Shown here: piece after piece, positions 11,895-25,346 of the stretch
Layout of the letters: every line of letters starts with the position of its first letter
Numbering within the stretch: position 1 is the first letter of the stretch
Assembly (NCBI RefSeq): GCF_018977255.1
Contig: NW_024705347.1
Location: forward strand, 1 to 52,598
Reading direction: 5' to 3'
Length of the DNA stretch: 52,598 nt
From: Callorhinchus milii
Taxonomy: Eukaryota
Made by a program: the position numbers and the translations under genes
The notes under the pieces: model-generated
The model's input: the letters and a program-made list of their open reading frames with translations, nothing else
The model's database searches: none
Told to the model about the DNA's origin: nothing

Positions 11895-13219
11895 GCCCAT
11901 AGTCTCCGTAGCCCGGGATTGCCCCATCTCCCGTATCCTTGTCTCCGCGACCCGGGACGGCCCCGTATACAAAGTTATCGGAAATCTTATACCAATGTTC
12001 ATCCAATCATGGTGCGGACATTAGACCAACCGGTCGAAATCATGACGGGTTCACGTGAACATCTCATGGGGTGTACGTGCCTCACACACCCAAACACACT
12101 GTCCTTGAGACAGTCCGTTATCTCGTGTACGTGCAGGCAGTTTCAGTCCAGCTGCCCACAACACACTTAAATTAAAACGTAACCCTTTCGCAGCATCTAT
12201 TATGATTCTAACATTATGCAAATAGTGTAAATTCTAACAGTCCCCACCTTGACACCGAAAGAACATGAGATATCACAATTATAAAAAGAATATAATACAA
12301 ATCAGAAAAATAATACAAGGTTACACAACCTGATAGTACAAAAAGACAGAGAATACAAAGTCAGAAAAATAGCAGAAGGTCACACCACCTGGGAGGGAGG
12401 ATGGTTGTTCCAGGAGGAAAACTCTCTTAATGAACATTCTCTCGGGTTTCATAGCTCAGTCAAAACCAACAGGTTATTTTCAGCGACCACAGTCACAATT
12501 GAAATCATCATTCAATTACTATCAGTCCTGGTCCCTCTCCTGACCCGAAGGTAACAGGGTATTTGCTTCCCTCAGTTTGCACGGACTTATTTCACAGCTC
12601 AGTTGTAACCAAAAGGTTATTTACAGCGACCACATTCACAATTGAAATCAACATTCAATTACTGTCGGTCTCGGTCCCTCTCCTTATCCGGAGGTAATAG
12701 GGGATTTCCCACTGACTGTTCGAACGCCCGAAAGTTACTCCATCACTTACACAATTTCTACATCGACACACAATATATCAACATATTGGAATGTCGTTCA
12801 CACGCACATCAGCGCACCTAAATGCCTGATGCGATCGCCAGCGTACTCAACCGCCTTACCGTTACCGAAGCCTGGTACCGAATACACCTTAGTGTGGCAT
12901 CCACAGCTTACTCAAGCTTGGCCCCACTTACACATTGGTGTGACACCCACAGCTTACTCAAAACTACTGTCTCCACTTGAAGTATTCAAACATTAAAGGA
13001 GACAATCGCAAACTCTGAAAACTACTGTCTGCTTGAAGTATTCCAACATTGAAGGAGAAAATCACAAACTTGCCAGCTAATATAGTCAAATATTCAGCTT
13101 TAAATACAAATCGTTCGTCAAGGCATGATTGTAGCTCCCTTGTCTGTTTACTGGGGAATCCTGCCGACGACGCCAAAACTGTTAGAAAATAAAATCAGCC
13201 AAATCTGTAAGAAAATAAC
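11895..13219 (-). mobile_element. Non-autonomous LTR element, copy A (partial 3' LTR to 12239, internal region, PBS 13158-13175, 5' LTR cut by the gap)
   Basis: Essentially identical to 41012-42336. Confidence 0.75.
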
Positions 13220-13249
13220 NNNNNNNNNNNNNNNNNNNNNNNNNNNNNN
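13220..13249. other. Assembly gap (30 N)
   Basis: Run of N. Confidence 1.
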
Positions 13250-13899
13250 GAAACGCGAGCCTCGATCGCCTCGTACAGGTTATAATGTGGGACATCTCAA
13301 GCATTCTATTGGGTCAGGCATTCTCTGTATGCAACAGTTTAATGTGTGTCTTCAGGGAAAAAAGAACAAACTGCATTAGATTGGCGCGTGGGATGAAGTG
13401 GGGAGAATTGTTCCTTTTCAATGCAAAAGCAATACGGAGTCTTGTAGCCATCGGCTCCCAAGCGAAAGGACCTGGAATAGATTTTAGTAAGATGCAAAAC
13501 GTGAATCAAGGTTCCTTACTCCTCACGCCTCTGTTTACCTAACAGGAAGCAGAAACACGTTTGATGGTCGATTGGCAGACCTTCAAAGACCTTCCAAAAG
13601 ATGAAGGGATCAGAAAGGTTTCATCCTTGCCAAAAAATAAAATGTCATCACTCAAACCATGACTACTTGTAGGAAACGGCCTCAACTTGTGCGATGAGAG
13701 CATTAACATTGCACTCTACACGTCTATTAGCATATGAGGAATCTCCGTGTCTTGTTTTACCCTTTCCTGTCATTTAACCCACAATAAATTAAATTTTACA
13801 CAGTACCTTTCAGGTGAGGAGCACATACCAATGAGCTGGTGGGTCAAAGATTTGCAAACAATCTGGTGTTTTAAACAAGAGGGGTGGCGTGTAAGAAGG

Positions 13900-14740
13900 G
13901 TGGATGTAGGAGAAAGAGCTAAGGTACGTTCAGTGAGGAGAGTCATGAGATTGTTCTGTATGGAGGAAAGGGAAGGGGTGAGGCGATGGATATGTGGGAT
14001 GGAATTCCAAAATATGTTGTTGAGACAGGGGGAAAGGGGATGTGGCCCGTGGCCGCCGAGAAGAACGCTTAGACAGGTCGCTGCTGGGTATCAAATTCGC
14101 AGAGTTAGGAAGCTGCAGGGCTTTTGAGATCTTTGAAAGGGACGATAATGACTTTGGACTCGATCTTCTGTGGTAAAGGTTTCACAGAAGGTGCTGCAGG
14201 AGAGGAATATGACCTGCACAGCTCCAATTAATCGGGATTTTATGGAGGGAAGTGATAGAAATAACGTCATGTGGGAATCTGGCGTCATCCAGCCTGGATG
14301 TACTCAATGGGTGGATAAGTGTCTTAGAAACTTGAGGGAAGAGGCTGTGGCAGAGCAGATTTGTTACGGAAATGGGGAACAGCAGAAAAGGGGAGTGGTG
14401 TGAGTTCAAATCTCATTAGAAGCGTTTTTACCGTTACATACAGTACCTGATGGTACAAAACTGTAACGTGCGACATAGAGGGACACGGCAAAGCAATCCA
14501 TTTACACAGCGCCCTGCACGTCCCTTGGCGCTGGGCAATCAGTGGTTTGGACCCAAACAGCGGTTTGGGATTAGGGAGGGCGGAGGGCGGGGAGGGTGGG
14601 TGTAGGAGGGAAACCAAAGGCGTGGTCGAAGAGGAGTGTCCTGTCACGTACTTGGACGGAGGCAAAGGAGGGTGTGAGGCGAAGGGACTGTGGGATAGAG
14701 TTCCAAAGGGAGGCTGAGGCCCGACCGCTGACAGTGTGCT
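13900..14740 (-). mobile_element. Old L2 LINE fragments (two pieces)
   Basis: TLIHPLSTSRLDD resembles L2 TLIHAFxTSRLDY. The purine-rich segments and the tail near 14490 resemble the 2833-3785 element. Confidence 0.6.
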
Positions 14741-16055
14741 GGGTGTGGGGTGTGGGGGGTGTGTTGTGTGTGTGGGGGGGTGGGGAGGAACAGGGAGCAG
14801 ATCAGCTGTTGAGTGGAAGGAGCGGAAAAGTCGTTTCGCATGGGATCTACACTGTTAACTTTATAACCACAGTCCCTCTTGCATTCTTTTTCTTACCCGA
14901 TATTCCCTCAGAGGAAATTATATAAATGATCTCGGTTTTTTTTCACAGAGTGTAAATCTCCAGTTGATGTGGCTGAGAAGTAAAGACGTTTTCATTGAAC
15001 TCTCATAGCGCTCCCCTCCCGCTTGGTCCAGTTGTGCTGCTTTCGGAATTCAATCTCGTGAATCTCTTGCAAAACAGACCAGTAACCAACAATTCAAGAC
15101 CCGGTACATGCAAACACAAGTCAACACAGCACGACAAAGTGCAGTATTTGATCAAGGTATATGGGATTTCTAAAATGCATATGTTATCTGCAAATGTTAC
15201 CATCTGAATGCACTCCCGTTAAGAGGAACTGCTGTGTGAAGAAAATTTTTCTTTTGAGTAATGAAATTGACCCTTTAGAAACAATAAATACTCTTTCAAG
15301 ATGATAGCTTGTCTTTAATCTTCCACATTTCCCACACTAATATAAAACCACTACCGGTTACTGCTGAAGCAATCACGTTTGCGTTTCAACAATTATGTCT
15401 CACATAAATAATTTCTGATGCTGTAAACTTTGAATGTGTAATTTAATTGTGACATCGACCTTCCCGGAAATTTATACACAGCAATACCGCACAAAAATCC
15501 TTGCACGACACGTGGAACAATGCTTCATGCTCCCAAACAGTGATTATGGTATATGTGATCTGTGGGTTTGAAGATAACAAATTCTTCCATGGAGTAGAGA
15601 GGACGTCACAAATATTCGAATCCAATGAAGTATATAAAGCTAAAGAACATTGAATTAAATTACTTAGTTAGACAGTAACTGCAAATATTTTCATACCCAA
15701 GTTTAAGGAACCATAATTATCAAAATATAGAGAATGTCGGTGGAAAGTATCATTATCCCTTTTATTTTTTGTCCATGAACATCTGTCTGAATTCACTGAC
15801 TCATGTTTACGGTCGTTTTATCTCAGTGTAAATCATGGGATTCTTATTTTCTATGTTCATCATCTTACCGGAAAAGAGGTCAAGGCTTACAGAGCGGGTC
15901 AAGGCCTGACACATTTTTCAAGCTTCCTAAAATAATAATCATCATTTCGTGCCTTATTATGTATTTGAATCCTCGCAAAGCCCTTCAAAAGGAACAAATG
16001 AATTCAGGTGAAGTAAATATGCGGCAAATCAACTGATTATCCAAAGTCTGTAAAG

Positions 16056-16119
16056 CGACGAGGGTGGGATTCGAACCCACGCGAGCAGTCCATCGCCTTA
16101 ACCACTCGGACACCTCATC
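16056..16119 (-). pseudogene. tRNA-Ser(GCT) pseudogene with an 18-nt internal deletion
   Basis: Matches vertebrate Ser-GCT GACGAGGTGGCCGAGTGGTTAAGGCGATGGACTGCT...CGCGTGGGTTCGAATCCCACCCTCGTCG, but lacks the 3' anticodon stem and most of the variable arm. Confidence 0.9.
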
Positions 16120-17759
16120 TGTTATCGAGCCTCACAAAGCCTTGAACCAGAAGTCTGCTTTTGAAATGCTGCTGACTGATTACAAAAGTGAGTTTGTTTG
16201 CTAAAGAACTGAAAGTAGCGGCGGGCTACTGAGCAAAACCAGAGTGTATTTATTACATGAAAAGAAGTAACATCCGTTTACATGCGCTGTCGGGTGACAA
16301 CCATTAAAACATGAATTGACATTTGTTATCGGAGCAACTAAAAATGGAACTATGTTTTTGACAAAGCTACAGAAGTAATAGTGAGTAGATATAGTCATCC
16401 AACAATTTGTGTCCACCTCACATCCAAGATTGCGATTTACCATTTCAGCCGTGGCACCCATATTTGTTTGAATATAAATGAATCTAAATTAAATTTGAAT
16501 AATTAACACATTAATTATTAATTTAAGTCTAATATCAAGAATATGAATTTGCGAATTCACTTATATTAGCAACGATAACTTCATCGGCATTATAAGTTCT
16601 TAACGTCTCTCTTCAAGGCGAGTTTATTCGTGTTTCTTGCTCAGTAATGAAGCAAAAAGCAATTCTGTCAAACAAAAATATTCAGTTACAACTATCACGC
16701 CATTTACGCCTTAATAGTTTACATTCAGAGGGCGCGGTCCATGGTTCAGTGGCACTTTTCTTTGTAATCATTAAAATTTAACGTCATCATTTCAACATCA
16801 GATGAGTTTCTTGTGAGTGCTTTTGATGTCATTGAGGAAAGTATCACACGAATATCCTTTAAGTAATTCGGTGCTGAAAAATACGTATAAATATATAGAA
16901 ATGAAAAAAGCATTATCTGATCCACCTGATAAGACACAATAGTTTTCTGGTCAAACAGTTCCGTCTCGCTGTGTTGAAGAGGCTGCAGTTCTGATTGCAT
17001 ACAAGTGTGATGTTTTGCTGATTAAAGACCTGAAAGGAGTGGAGCGTTGCTGAGTAAGAGCAGAATTTATTATCTGAAGAGAATTAATATTTTCGGGAAA
17101 TTTTCAATGGATGGTGACCATTGATTTTTCTACTCAGCTGCATTTGACCCTCTAGTTCAAAGAACCAACGCATAGGGTGGTCTCTAATCGGCATGAAAGC
17201 TTCCCAAACAGTGCTTTTAATGGCAAGCTTTGGAATTTTAGTTGGTTAAACTCAGTGCCGTCAGCAATCCTGCGAACCTGCACCAACACGCTCCAGAATT
17301 AGGTGTACAGGACATGTTGAGAGAGAGATTTCCATGTGTAGCTGGGATGCATACAACTCCAATTACGTTTGCAACATATGCTTTCCAGCGATTTAAAACG
17401 TCCTCCCGACATTATTTGAGTTTTATCGAGTATAAGGATTAATAATAATATTTTGAAAGCCACCGTGGATCCATTCTTCCTTGTTGTACTCCATTAGTTT
17501 TTGAATGATTAACTTCCAATAACAAAATGGAATCCGCCTCTACTCCGCTTTGCATTATTACAAACTAACCTAGATTTGTATTTGTCATTCGGTTACACAC
17601 GAACAAATCGATATCAATCACAAATTAAGGCAGATATTGATTTATTTTACGAAGCGATTTTAACAAGGATATCTCAATCAACTGTGGTGTTTAAAGCAGG
17701 TACTATCGGCAAATAGCATTCAATGTAAATGTTTCTCCAATGATCCTTGTGAAATCATA

Positions 17760-18066
17760 ATAAAAATAATAATCTAAGCATTTGTTATATCGCTTTTCCT
17801 ATCTTCTAGAAGTGAAAGCTTCACAGAATACACTGAAAAGTGAATTGACTGGAAATTTGGTATACCTGCAATACCCAATTAAGCACAGCAGTATCCCACA
17901 GACAGTCGAGGAGTAAGTGATCAAATTATTTATTTTATTTTCTTGAGGGATTATTATCAGACGTTGGGAGTAAGGAAACTTGCACAAGGTTTTGCTTTGC
18001 CGGGAATCGAACCCAGGTGTCTCGCTTACGAATTGAGCACGTTAGCCACTGAGCGAAAAGACTCCA
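17760..18066 (-). mobile_element. tRNA-derived SINE with L2-type tail
   Basis: A/B box head (GCTCAGTGGCTAA...GGTTCGATTCC); body and tail are homologous to 44237-44556. Confidence 0.8.
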
Positions 18067-18252
18067 CGTGACACGGAGATGAGTTCCGCTTGGCTTGATA
18101 TCCATGGACTGTGACTGACATTACAAGTGGTGTAATTCAAAGTTCCCCAGAGATTTTCCATGAGAATAAATAATATCGCCTCTCAATGCGTTATCTCAAA
18201 TTGTTAGTCGGAGACGCTGTATCGGCAACAACGCTCCCGCTGATGTCTTGCC

Positions 18253-18322
18253 ATGGGATATCCGACACTGTATGAAATAGAAACATTTTATTACCCGACT
18301 CTTGCGGTGGTTGGAGTACCAA
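18253..18322 (+). CDS. GPR139-like orphan GPCR gene 1, coding exon 1 (MGYPTLYEIETFYYPTLAVVGVP)
   Basis: Strong Kozak GCCATGG, 70 nt, phase-1 donor A|GTAGGT. Splices in frame to 19081. Same length and YYPxLAxxGVP motif as exon 1 of the other two paralogs. Confidence 0.9.
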
Positions 18323-19080
18323 GTAGGTTATTAAGTGTTTTCTATTCGTTATAGAATCCAGAGACTGGAAGTATGATAACATATTCGTCCCGAAACGTTT
18401 GTTTCAGTTATTGGTTTTTACCGGCTTGCTGAATTCATAATTGTTTATTCATCACATTGTTTGATACAAGGCTTAACATCAGCAGATTGTCTTCAAACTT
18501 CTCACAGGCTATCCTATCTAATGCAGTTGTTGTGCGTTTTGTAAACGAACAAAGCAGCCAATGTGTGCATTGCAATATCTCACAGACAATCATTAGACCT
18601 GGATGTCAGTTACACAAATCTTTCTACAATAGTGCAGTTGCCAGTGAAGATTATTAACTTGATTCACATTGTGCAGATTCCGAAGTATTTTACACGCAAT
18701 ATGTACAGATGTGGGCACTTGGGCAACAGGACTGCAAGGCTTGAGGCGAGCAGCCTAATTTATCCTCTTAAGGAGATGCCGACATCTCTTTCTTTTGCTG
18801 CGGTTGGGGCTGGGCTGAGAAGGGAGGCCACTCTGGCCTGGCACCTGGCCACCCAACATGAATCTAATGCCACACGGATCGCCCCGGATTAATGGTTAGA
18901 TGAGCGAGGTTTTGCAAATGTGTGAGTCCGCAAGCGGATTGGCAGGTATCACCGACTGCCCAGGTGCCTTCACTCCTCCGCTCTCCTGTTGCTGTGTCGG
19001 TGAACCTGTGATCTTTAATCAGATCTGATTGGCTTTCAGATTCTGCTGAACCAATAACCTTTTACTTCTCCGCTTTTCAG

Positions 19081-19997
19081 TGAACTTGTTGGCGATTGTG
19101 ATCCTGTCCCGGGGAAGGTGCGGTCTCTCCAGAGTCGTCACTCTCTACCTGGTGGCCATGGCAGCGGCGGATCTAATGGTTATTATCAATGATGTGATAC
19201 TGAATCGCATTAATCATTTGTATTTCCATTTTAGCTTCTTGTACTACACTCCTGTGTGTAAGTTACGAACTGTTCTGCTGATTTCAGCCACTCAATGTTC
19301 TATATGGCTTACAGTCGCCTTCACCTTTGATCGCTATGTCGCCATTTGTTGTCGGGAAATTAAAAACAGATATTGCTCTGTAAATTCGGCTATTTTGGTT
19401 ATAACAATAGTGTCTGTACTCAGCTGTGCGCAGTGCATTCCAGTGTATTTTATTTTCATTCCTCGTGTAATAATTAATAATATCCCGAAATACTGCAGAC
19501 CAAAACCAAGTTATCACACCTCAGTATATTGGAGAGTGTACGAACGGTTGATCCGTGTGTTCAATCCCGCACTTGTGTCAAGCCTCGTTATCTTTATCAA
19601 CGGTTTGACTGTTAGACACATTTTAATCGCCAGCAGAGCCCGCGAGCGAATCCGGGGTGACAGCATTACTAATAAACAGAATGATCCCGAAATGTGGAAA
19701 CGGAGAAAATCCATAATTTTGCTCTTCGCAATATCAGGCAGTTTTTTACTTTTGTGGATGACAAATGTTGTCTATTCGTTAAAATGGTCAGTTGCAATCT
19801 ACCACTATGAAAATAAAGAAAATTGCGTTCGGTATATCATCCAACAGACTGGATTCATGCTTCAGCTTTTGAGCTCCTGTACAAACACGTGCATCTATAT
19901 GGTGTCTCAGAGCAAGTTTAGAGAGGACATGAAAACGGTTCTTATATACCCATTTGCTCTGTTACTTCAATTGGTTAAACAAAATATAATTATTTAG
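19081..19997 (+). CDS. GPR139-like orphan class A GPCR gene 1, exon 2 (spliced product 328 aa)
   Basis: Acceptor ttctccgcttttcAG at 19080; open frame; seven hydrophobic segments once exon 1 is included; AMAAADL, FTFDRYVAICC, TM3 and ECL2 cysteines, CTNTCIY. Confidence 0.93.
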
Positions 19998-21599
19998 ACT
20001 GATTGATTGTAAATCGTTGCCGCAATATCACCATCGAATGCCTTGCACTATTTTATTCAAACTCTAGCAATATATTCGACAATGGTATAAAGAGCAGACC
20101 ACGTTCACAAGATGTAGTTTTATTTGCTTGGAGAGTTGAGATGCAATTAGAGACGTTCTCGCATAGAATGCTTTCTCAAATAAAATTTAGCTGTTGAAGG
20201 CTCCTTCGTTTTCAATGGTAAACGAAACGCATTAATCACTTCCATTCTACCATCCGAGTAGAAGATTTACTTCCCTGGGAAAATGTTCAAACAATGTGAA
20301 AACTGTTATGTAGCATTGCGTTTATGATCATTAAATCTGTTTCCCCCCCAGATTCTCGTTTCATTTGAGTTTAATTGTTCACAGATTGTGATTGTTTCCT
20401 CATCAAATTTGAGCGATGAAGTTTCAGTGTGGAAGTCATATTTATGTCTGTCCTACACGTGGAACATCCCAGGCTCATTGTCTGAAGACAACATGTCTAT
20501 GCAGCTTTTAATAAGAAACTAAATGCCAACAGAATTGAACACCGTCGGTAATGAGAACTTGTTATTGGCGATGTTATAAACACATTATTAATATTGATAC
20601 ATAATCATTATGTGCAATCGCTGACCATTACCAGCCTGGCTCAGCTGATAAACGGTCTACAAACGTAACCGCACAGTCATGATCTTGAAATAACCTGTGA
20701 AATTCCAAACTTGATTTTATAAATCAATTCAGTAGTATAGCATTGTTACCATTACTCTGGATTGTGAATCTAATTACCAAATCTGGATGGCACATTCACA
20801 TGTTTATCTTTTATAATCGTCCAATAACTCAGTGCTTCACGAGACACAGAGGTAATTTTGCAGAGAATGTACTTGGAAGTTCAGCCTCACTAATCCTCCC
20901 GATGTGAAGGGTGATACATAGAGATATCATTTCTCATTGCGTTTGATTGATCAGCAAGTTCCATTGATGTTACAGTTTCATGTTCTTACCTGATATAAGA
21001 GATATCAGGTTCCAAACAGAGCAAATGCGTGTTTCCATTATAGCCAGCGAAATAACATTTTTGAAATGCTTTCTCTCTTACAGTTAAGGGGAGGTTTTCA
21101 AAAGGGCATAATTTTTTTTCACACTTTTGATCTATTTTGAAACTAGTCTGTCACTAATCCCATTGATCGCAAGATTTGCCTCCTCATAAACAAGACGTGT
21201 TTTTTGTATCTCCACGACTTAGAGACATTCCACTGCACCGCCGACAACCACACAGATTGGCAGACAGTCTCCAAATATGCTGCTTCGCGTCCTCCAAACT
21301 CTTAATCGTAGATTCGACGGAACTTTAGGCCCATAATTTTAACTATCTTCAAGTGTGACATTTATAACGCCATATACCGTGTTCTTAGGCTGCATTTCTT
21401 GTAAAAATTGCCAGTGGCACAAGTGAAGTGAGGGAACATAATATAAACAATCGTTGCTGTTGTGGTGCTTCCAAAAAGTGGCTCATCCCATCTGCTGGAC
21501 TGGCCACAGCAATGCGGTTTGCTGACTGCGACACAATCCCGCCTGAGGGACGCTATATAAATGCAAGTTTTTGTTGATGACTCTGTCGTCCTTGGAAGG

Positions 21600-22050
21600 A
21601 TTTTGAACGAAAAGCCAATTTTGTGGGTAGGAGCAGCCTGATGGGTAGAGTCGCAAAATGTCAGAAAACTTGGGTGGGGAGACCATTGGCTGCAGCATTT
21701 TGAATGTTCTGCAGCTCTGGTGGAAAGGATCTGGGAAGTCTGCTCTCGGTGTTATCGAGTCAGGGTTCTGTGAAATGAATGAGTGAGGCGAAGGCGGTGC
21801 ACGGATTGAGAGTTCCTGCTGAACTGACATGTCGTTGAACAACATGAAGGCTATGGTTATTTCCCAGTGCATTGAATCTATTTAACAGATGAGAAGATAG
21901 ATTACGCAGATATTGTGCAGTACGGTGATATACAGCATTGAACTTGGACTTCGAGAACATTAAAAATGTTGGTTTGCCATAAACAATGATGTCCTCCCAC
22001 CACATTGAAAGCAGATATCGTCATATAGCTGAGGAGGAAACTGAGTCTTG
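21600..22050 (-). mobile_element. Old L2 LINE fragment
   Basis: ELQNIQNAAA on the minus strand resembles L2 LQxIQNAAAR. Confidence 0.5.
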
Positions 22051-22254
22051 AGTTGACGTCCTCCCGATGTGAAAGGCGCTCTCTACGTGAAATTTTATTG
22101 TTGTTGTTGTCGTTGTTGTTGTTGATGGGAAGCAACGAAAGTTAATCAGTCCCATTGGCCACTCGGATTCTCTGCGTGCATTTCAATGACAACTCAAATC
22201 TATTTTGGATCTCTCTTTTTTATATGCGAGGATTATTGTTCTCCAGTATAATGT

Positions 22255-22326
22255 TCCCTGATGGTCTAGTGGTTAGGATTCGGCGCTCTCACCGCCGCGG
22301 CCCCGGTTTGATTCCCGGTCAGGGAA
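22255..22326 (+). tRNA. tRNA-Glu(CTC), full length but with T-arm defects (possible pseudogene)
   Basis: 72 nt with three differences from vertebrate Glu-CTC: G7A, G51C (C:C mismatch) and C56T in the B box. T-run terminator immediately downstream. Confidence 0.85.
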
Positions 22327-22895
22327 GCATTTTATTTTATTTTTTCTTGGAACCGAAAAGTTGCTCGTGTGCAAAAAACAAGTAAATATGTCCTGCTATC
22401 GTGGCTGCGCTTCACGGCACCAATAGTAATAATTATAATACTTGCATTTGATATGGCCCCATATAGCGTCATAGAGACGCCTCAAAACCCTTCACACAAT
22501 ATAGTTTAAAGTAATTTGATCGCTTATGTTGTTGGCAAATGAACAGTTTTATTCAAATCAAAACTTCGGATAATGGTTTCCTTTATTAAAGACACAAATA
22601 AAAAGCAATAAGCTCATACGATATCTGGAATTGGTTTGAGAATAAATTAATTTAGTTAAAATTTGATTTGTTGCCGCACTTCAATTGAACTGCTGAGTAT
22701 AAAGTTTGTCCTGAGCAAGTGGGAATCCGGCAGGTTATACCTCTGCCTCAAAGTTATGTTGCAGCAGCAGATTTATTGAATTAATTGAATAACGTATCTG
22801 TCTGTTGTGCGGAAAATGCACCATAATATGTCAATCACAGATTTTCTTACCGTGTATCAGTAATCAGAGCTTCCAGTGACTCACTCAGTAAGTCA

Positions 22896-22968
22896 GGCCG
22901 TAAGCTCAGTTGGTGAGAGCGCAGTGCTAATAACGCCAAGGTCGCGGGTTCAATCACCGTACGGGCCA
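22896..22968 (+). tRNA. tRNA-Ile(AAT), degenerate (likely pseudogene)
   Basis: Matches GGCCGGTTAGCTCAGTTGG...CTAATAACGCCAAGGTCGCGGGTTC...CGGGCCA with a 1-nt loss in the acceptor stem and anticodon-stem mismatches; TTTT follows. Confidence 0.8.
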
Positions 22969-24228
22969 TAATTTTAATTGCAGCCCGTTACGTTACAACA
23001 ACAGCAGAGGTACTGCCAGCAATAATAATATTAATTAACCTGGCATTTGTAATAGAGCCTGATCACGTCTCCACGACGTCTCAAGGCGTTTCACAGAATA
23101 TACAGTAAAGTGAATTTACTGGAAGTTTTGTGGCCGAAAAGCAGTAGGTAGTAGTAGTAATAGCCCACAAACATTTGTGGATCAACGTGACCAATTGATT
23201 ACTATTATTGCTTTTATTATTGTTACTATTGAAGGGACAATTCGTAAACAATTTGATATTGACGTAAAATTCAACTCGTAATAACATCAGTCAGGGAATG
23301 TGATACAATTGAGCCACTTTACAAAAATCTGTGGTTTTCAATTATAACATAATAATCCTTGCTTTTGATACGGATACATTAAACTACATGCACACAGATC
23401 AATCAGGTGTAACAGACCAGATATTAACATCAATGGGTAATTAGAATTTGCATGCAGTATGATTGCTGTAAATATCCCAAGTGATTACCATAAAAAAAAC
23501 AAGGAGATGGAGAAAATCTGCAAATATATCGATCTGAGAGTTCATTGCGGACATACGTGGTAATGCAAAACAAACATTGCTGTTGTCATCGGTGCAAAAG
23601 GGACTATGAAACAACTATTCAACGCAACTTGACGACATAAACGGTGATATTAACCAACTACAAAATGTAGCTGTTTTCTGGAAACTTGTACATACAGTGT
23701 TAGACAAAGCCATATCCATTCATATGTAAAGTGACAGCGTTGTTGGTGTGGCTAACCCATTGCGATGCATAATAGGTATTAAACAAACGATGAACATTTT
23801 CATTCCACATAATAGAATATTTATCACGACTTTTTGGTCACCATATTTACAGAATGCCTGAATCCCCGAATCCACTATCTCTAGGACTGTGTTTGTGATG
23901 ATGAATGGACATCAAACTTTATCAAGAGTGTGTGTCTATGCTAACCTCCAGCTTCTACAAAATCACTTGAAATAATTATTGCATTTGGCATGGAATATTA
24001 TTCAAACAGTCAATGGTGCGTTTGAATATTAATAATTGTTTCATTTGATACAGCGTTTTATCACAAATTCGAGTTTTCTAAAAAAGCTTCGCTGAATATG
24101 GTGCAAAGTTATAAATTGTGCAGTTTCGGGGAGAAAAGACACTTGGGTCAAAAGAACCTTTTACCCCCAATATTTTCTGATTGACACAAAACAACGTGGT
24201 TTAATTTGGTAAAAANTACTAAAATGAT

Positions 24229-24291
24229 CTCCCCGTCGGGGAATTGAACCCGCGTGACAGGCGGGGATACTAACCACTATACTAACGAGGA
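24229..24291 (-). pseudogene. tRNA-Asp(GTC) pseudogene with a 9-nt deletion
   Basis: Near-exact vertebrate Asp-GTC, but 9 nt between two GGG runs (variable loop and T-stem 5' side) are missing. Confidence 0.9.
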
Positions 24292-24399
24292 TTCACACGG
24301 AAGCATGTACTTTAATTCCACCCTGTACACAAGTGATAAAAGGTAAGAGAGATAGGGTATGCCAACTATTGTAGGGAAATTATCACCCAACGAGATGTG

Positions 24400-24612
24400 T
24401 GGTTCTGTAATGTATTACCTGACAGGCAACTGAAAGCCGATTCAACAATAATTTTACAGAGAGAAGTAGATGAGTATTTAGGGAGGACAAGACTGCAGGG
24501 CTACGGAGAGAAAGCGGGAAAGCGGGATTGAGTTGGATTGCTCTTTCCGGAGCCGGCGCAAACACGGTGGCATGAATGGCATCTTTGTGTGCTGTATGGT
24601 ACTATTATTCTA
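24400..24612 (+). mobile_element. CR1 LINE 3' end remnant
   Basis: ...gggctacggagagaaagcgggaa...gaatggcatctttgtgtgctgtatgg..attctat resembles the CR1 ORF2 end, 3' UTR and ATTCTRTG-type terminus. Confidence 0.6.
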
Positions 24613-25346
24613 TCACAAAACATTGTTCCTGCGACTCAAGTGAATTCCGTTGTTACTGTCTTGTTGAAGCCAATGGGGTAACTTGAACGTGTAGGAGTTG
24701 GTCCCGTTTGATCTCAAGTTGCTAAAATATTAGCGAGCAGAATACAATAAAGTGAAAACAGTGATAGGATGAAGCAATTTATTGCACATAATATATTCTC
24801 CTGTTTACAATGATGATCAGTTTAGAGTTTTAGAGGAAGGGACAGTGTGATGCAATGAGGGCATTTGAAATTGAAGGCAAGGTCGACGACGATGACCTTA
24901 AGACATGACTTGAAGCAGGTGAGGCAGAAGACATGCGGAATAGAATTGCACCGTCTGGGGCAGGAATGCTGAATGCCCGAACGCCCACAGTGGGGCGGGA
25001 ATTGCGGGGGACCTAAAGCGGACCGGTGTCCGCCGAGCGGAGGCAGCAGACATTCTTCTTTGCGGTTAGGAAGTCAGAAACATTGGGGGAACAAGACTGT
25101 AGTGGTGTCTTGAAGGATTAAAAAGCTTTTCTCTGCGTACCTCGGGTGGTTTCCATAGAGCGGGCCTGGTCTCTGTATTCAAGCCTTGTCTCTCTATAGC
25201 ACGACTGGCCTTTGTATAACAACAACAAAAAAAACAACAAGATTCCATTTATAAAGCGCCTTTCACGTCAGGAGGACGTCCCAAGGCGCTGACAGACCTG
25301 ATCTCAGTTTGTCCGCCTCGTCTCTTCACAGCAGGTCATGGTCTCT

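Larger units (their letters stand above)
3786..13219 (+). repeat. Segmental duplication, copy A (ends at the N gap)
   Basis: Colinear with 30460-34396 (B, partial) and 34397-42336 (C). Nearly identical to C from ~7390 onward, at an offset of ~29.1 kb. Confidence 0.95.

Noticed and set aside
11799..12170. 123-aa ORF identical in copies A and C
   Set aside because: Lies largely in LTR sequence, starts at GTG and has no recognisable domain; the identity reflects recent duplication.
12451..12707. Possible retroviral integrase C-terminal remnant (EGP...WLQLS) in the 142-bp dimer
   Set aside because: Too few matching residues and multiple stops; cannot be supported without a profile search.
19080..19082. 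GTG start codon given by the ORF track for gene 1 (similarly the 28289 and 50363 starts)
   Set aside because: The G at 19080 is the last base of the splice acceptor, and the other two are internal exon 2 codons; the true starts are in the 70-nt upstream exons.
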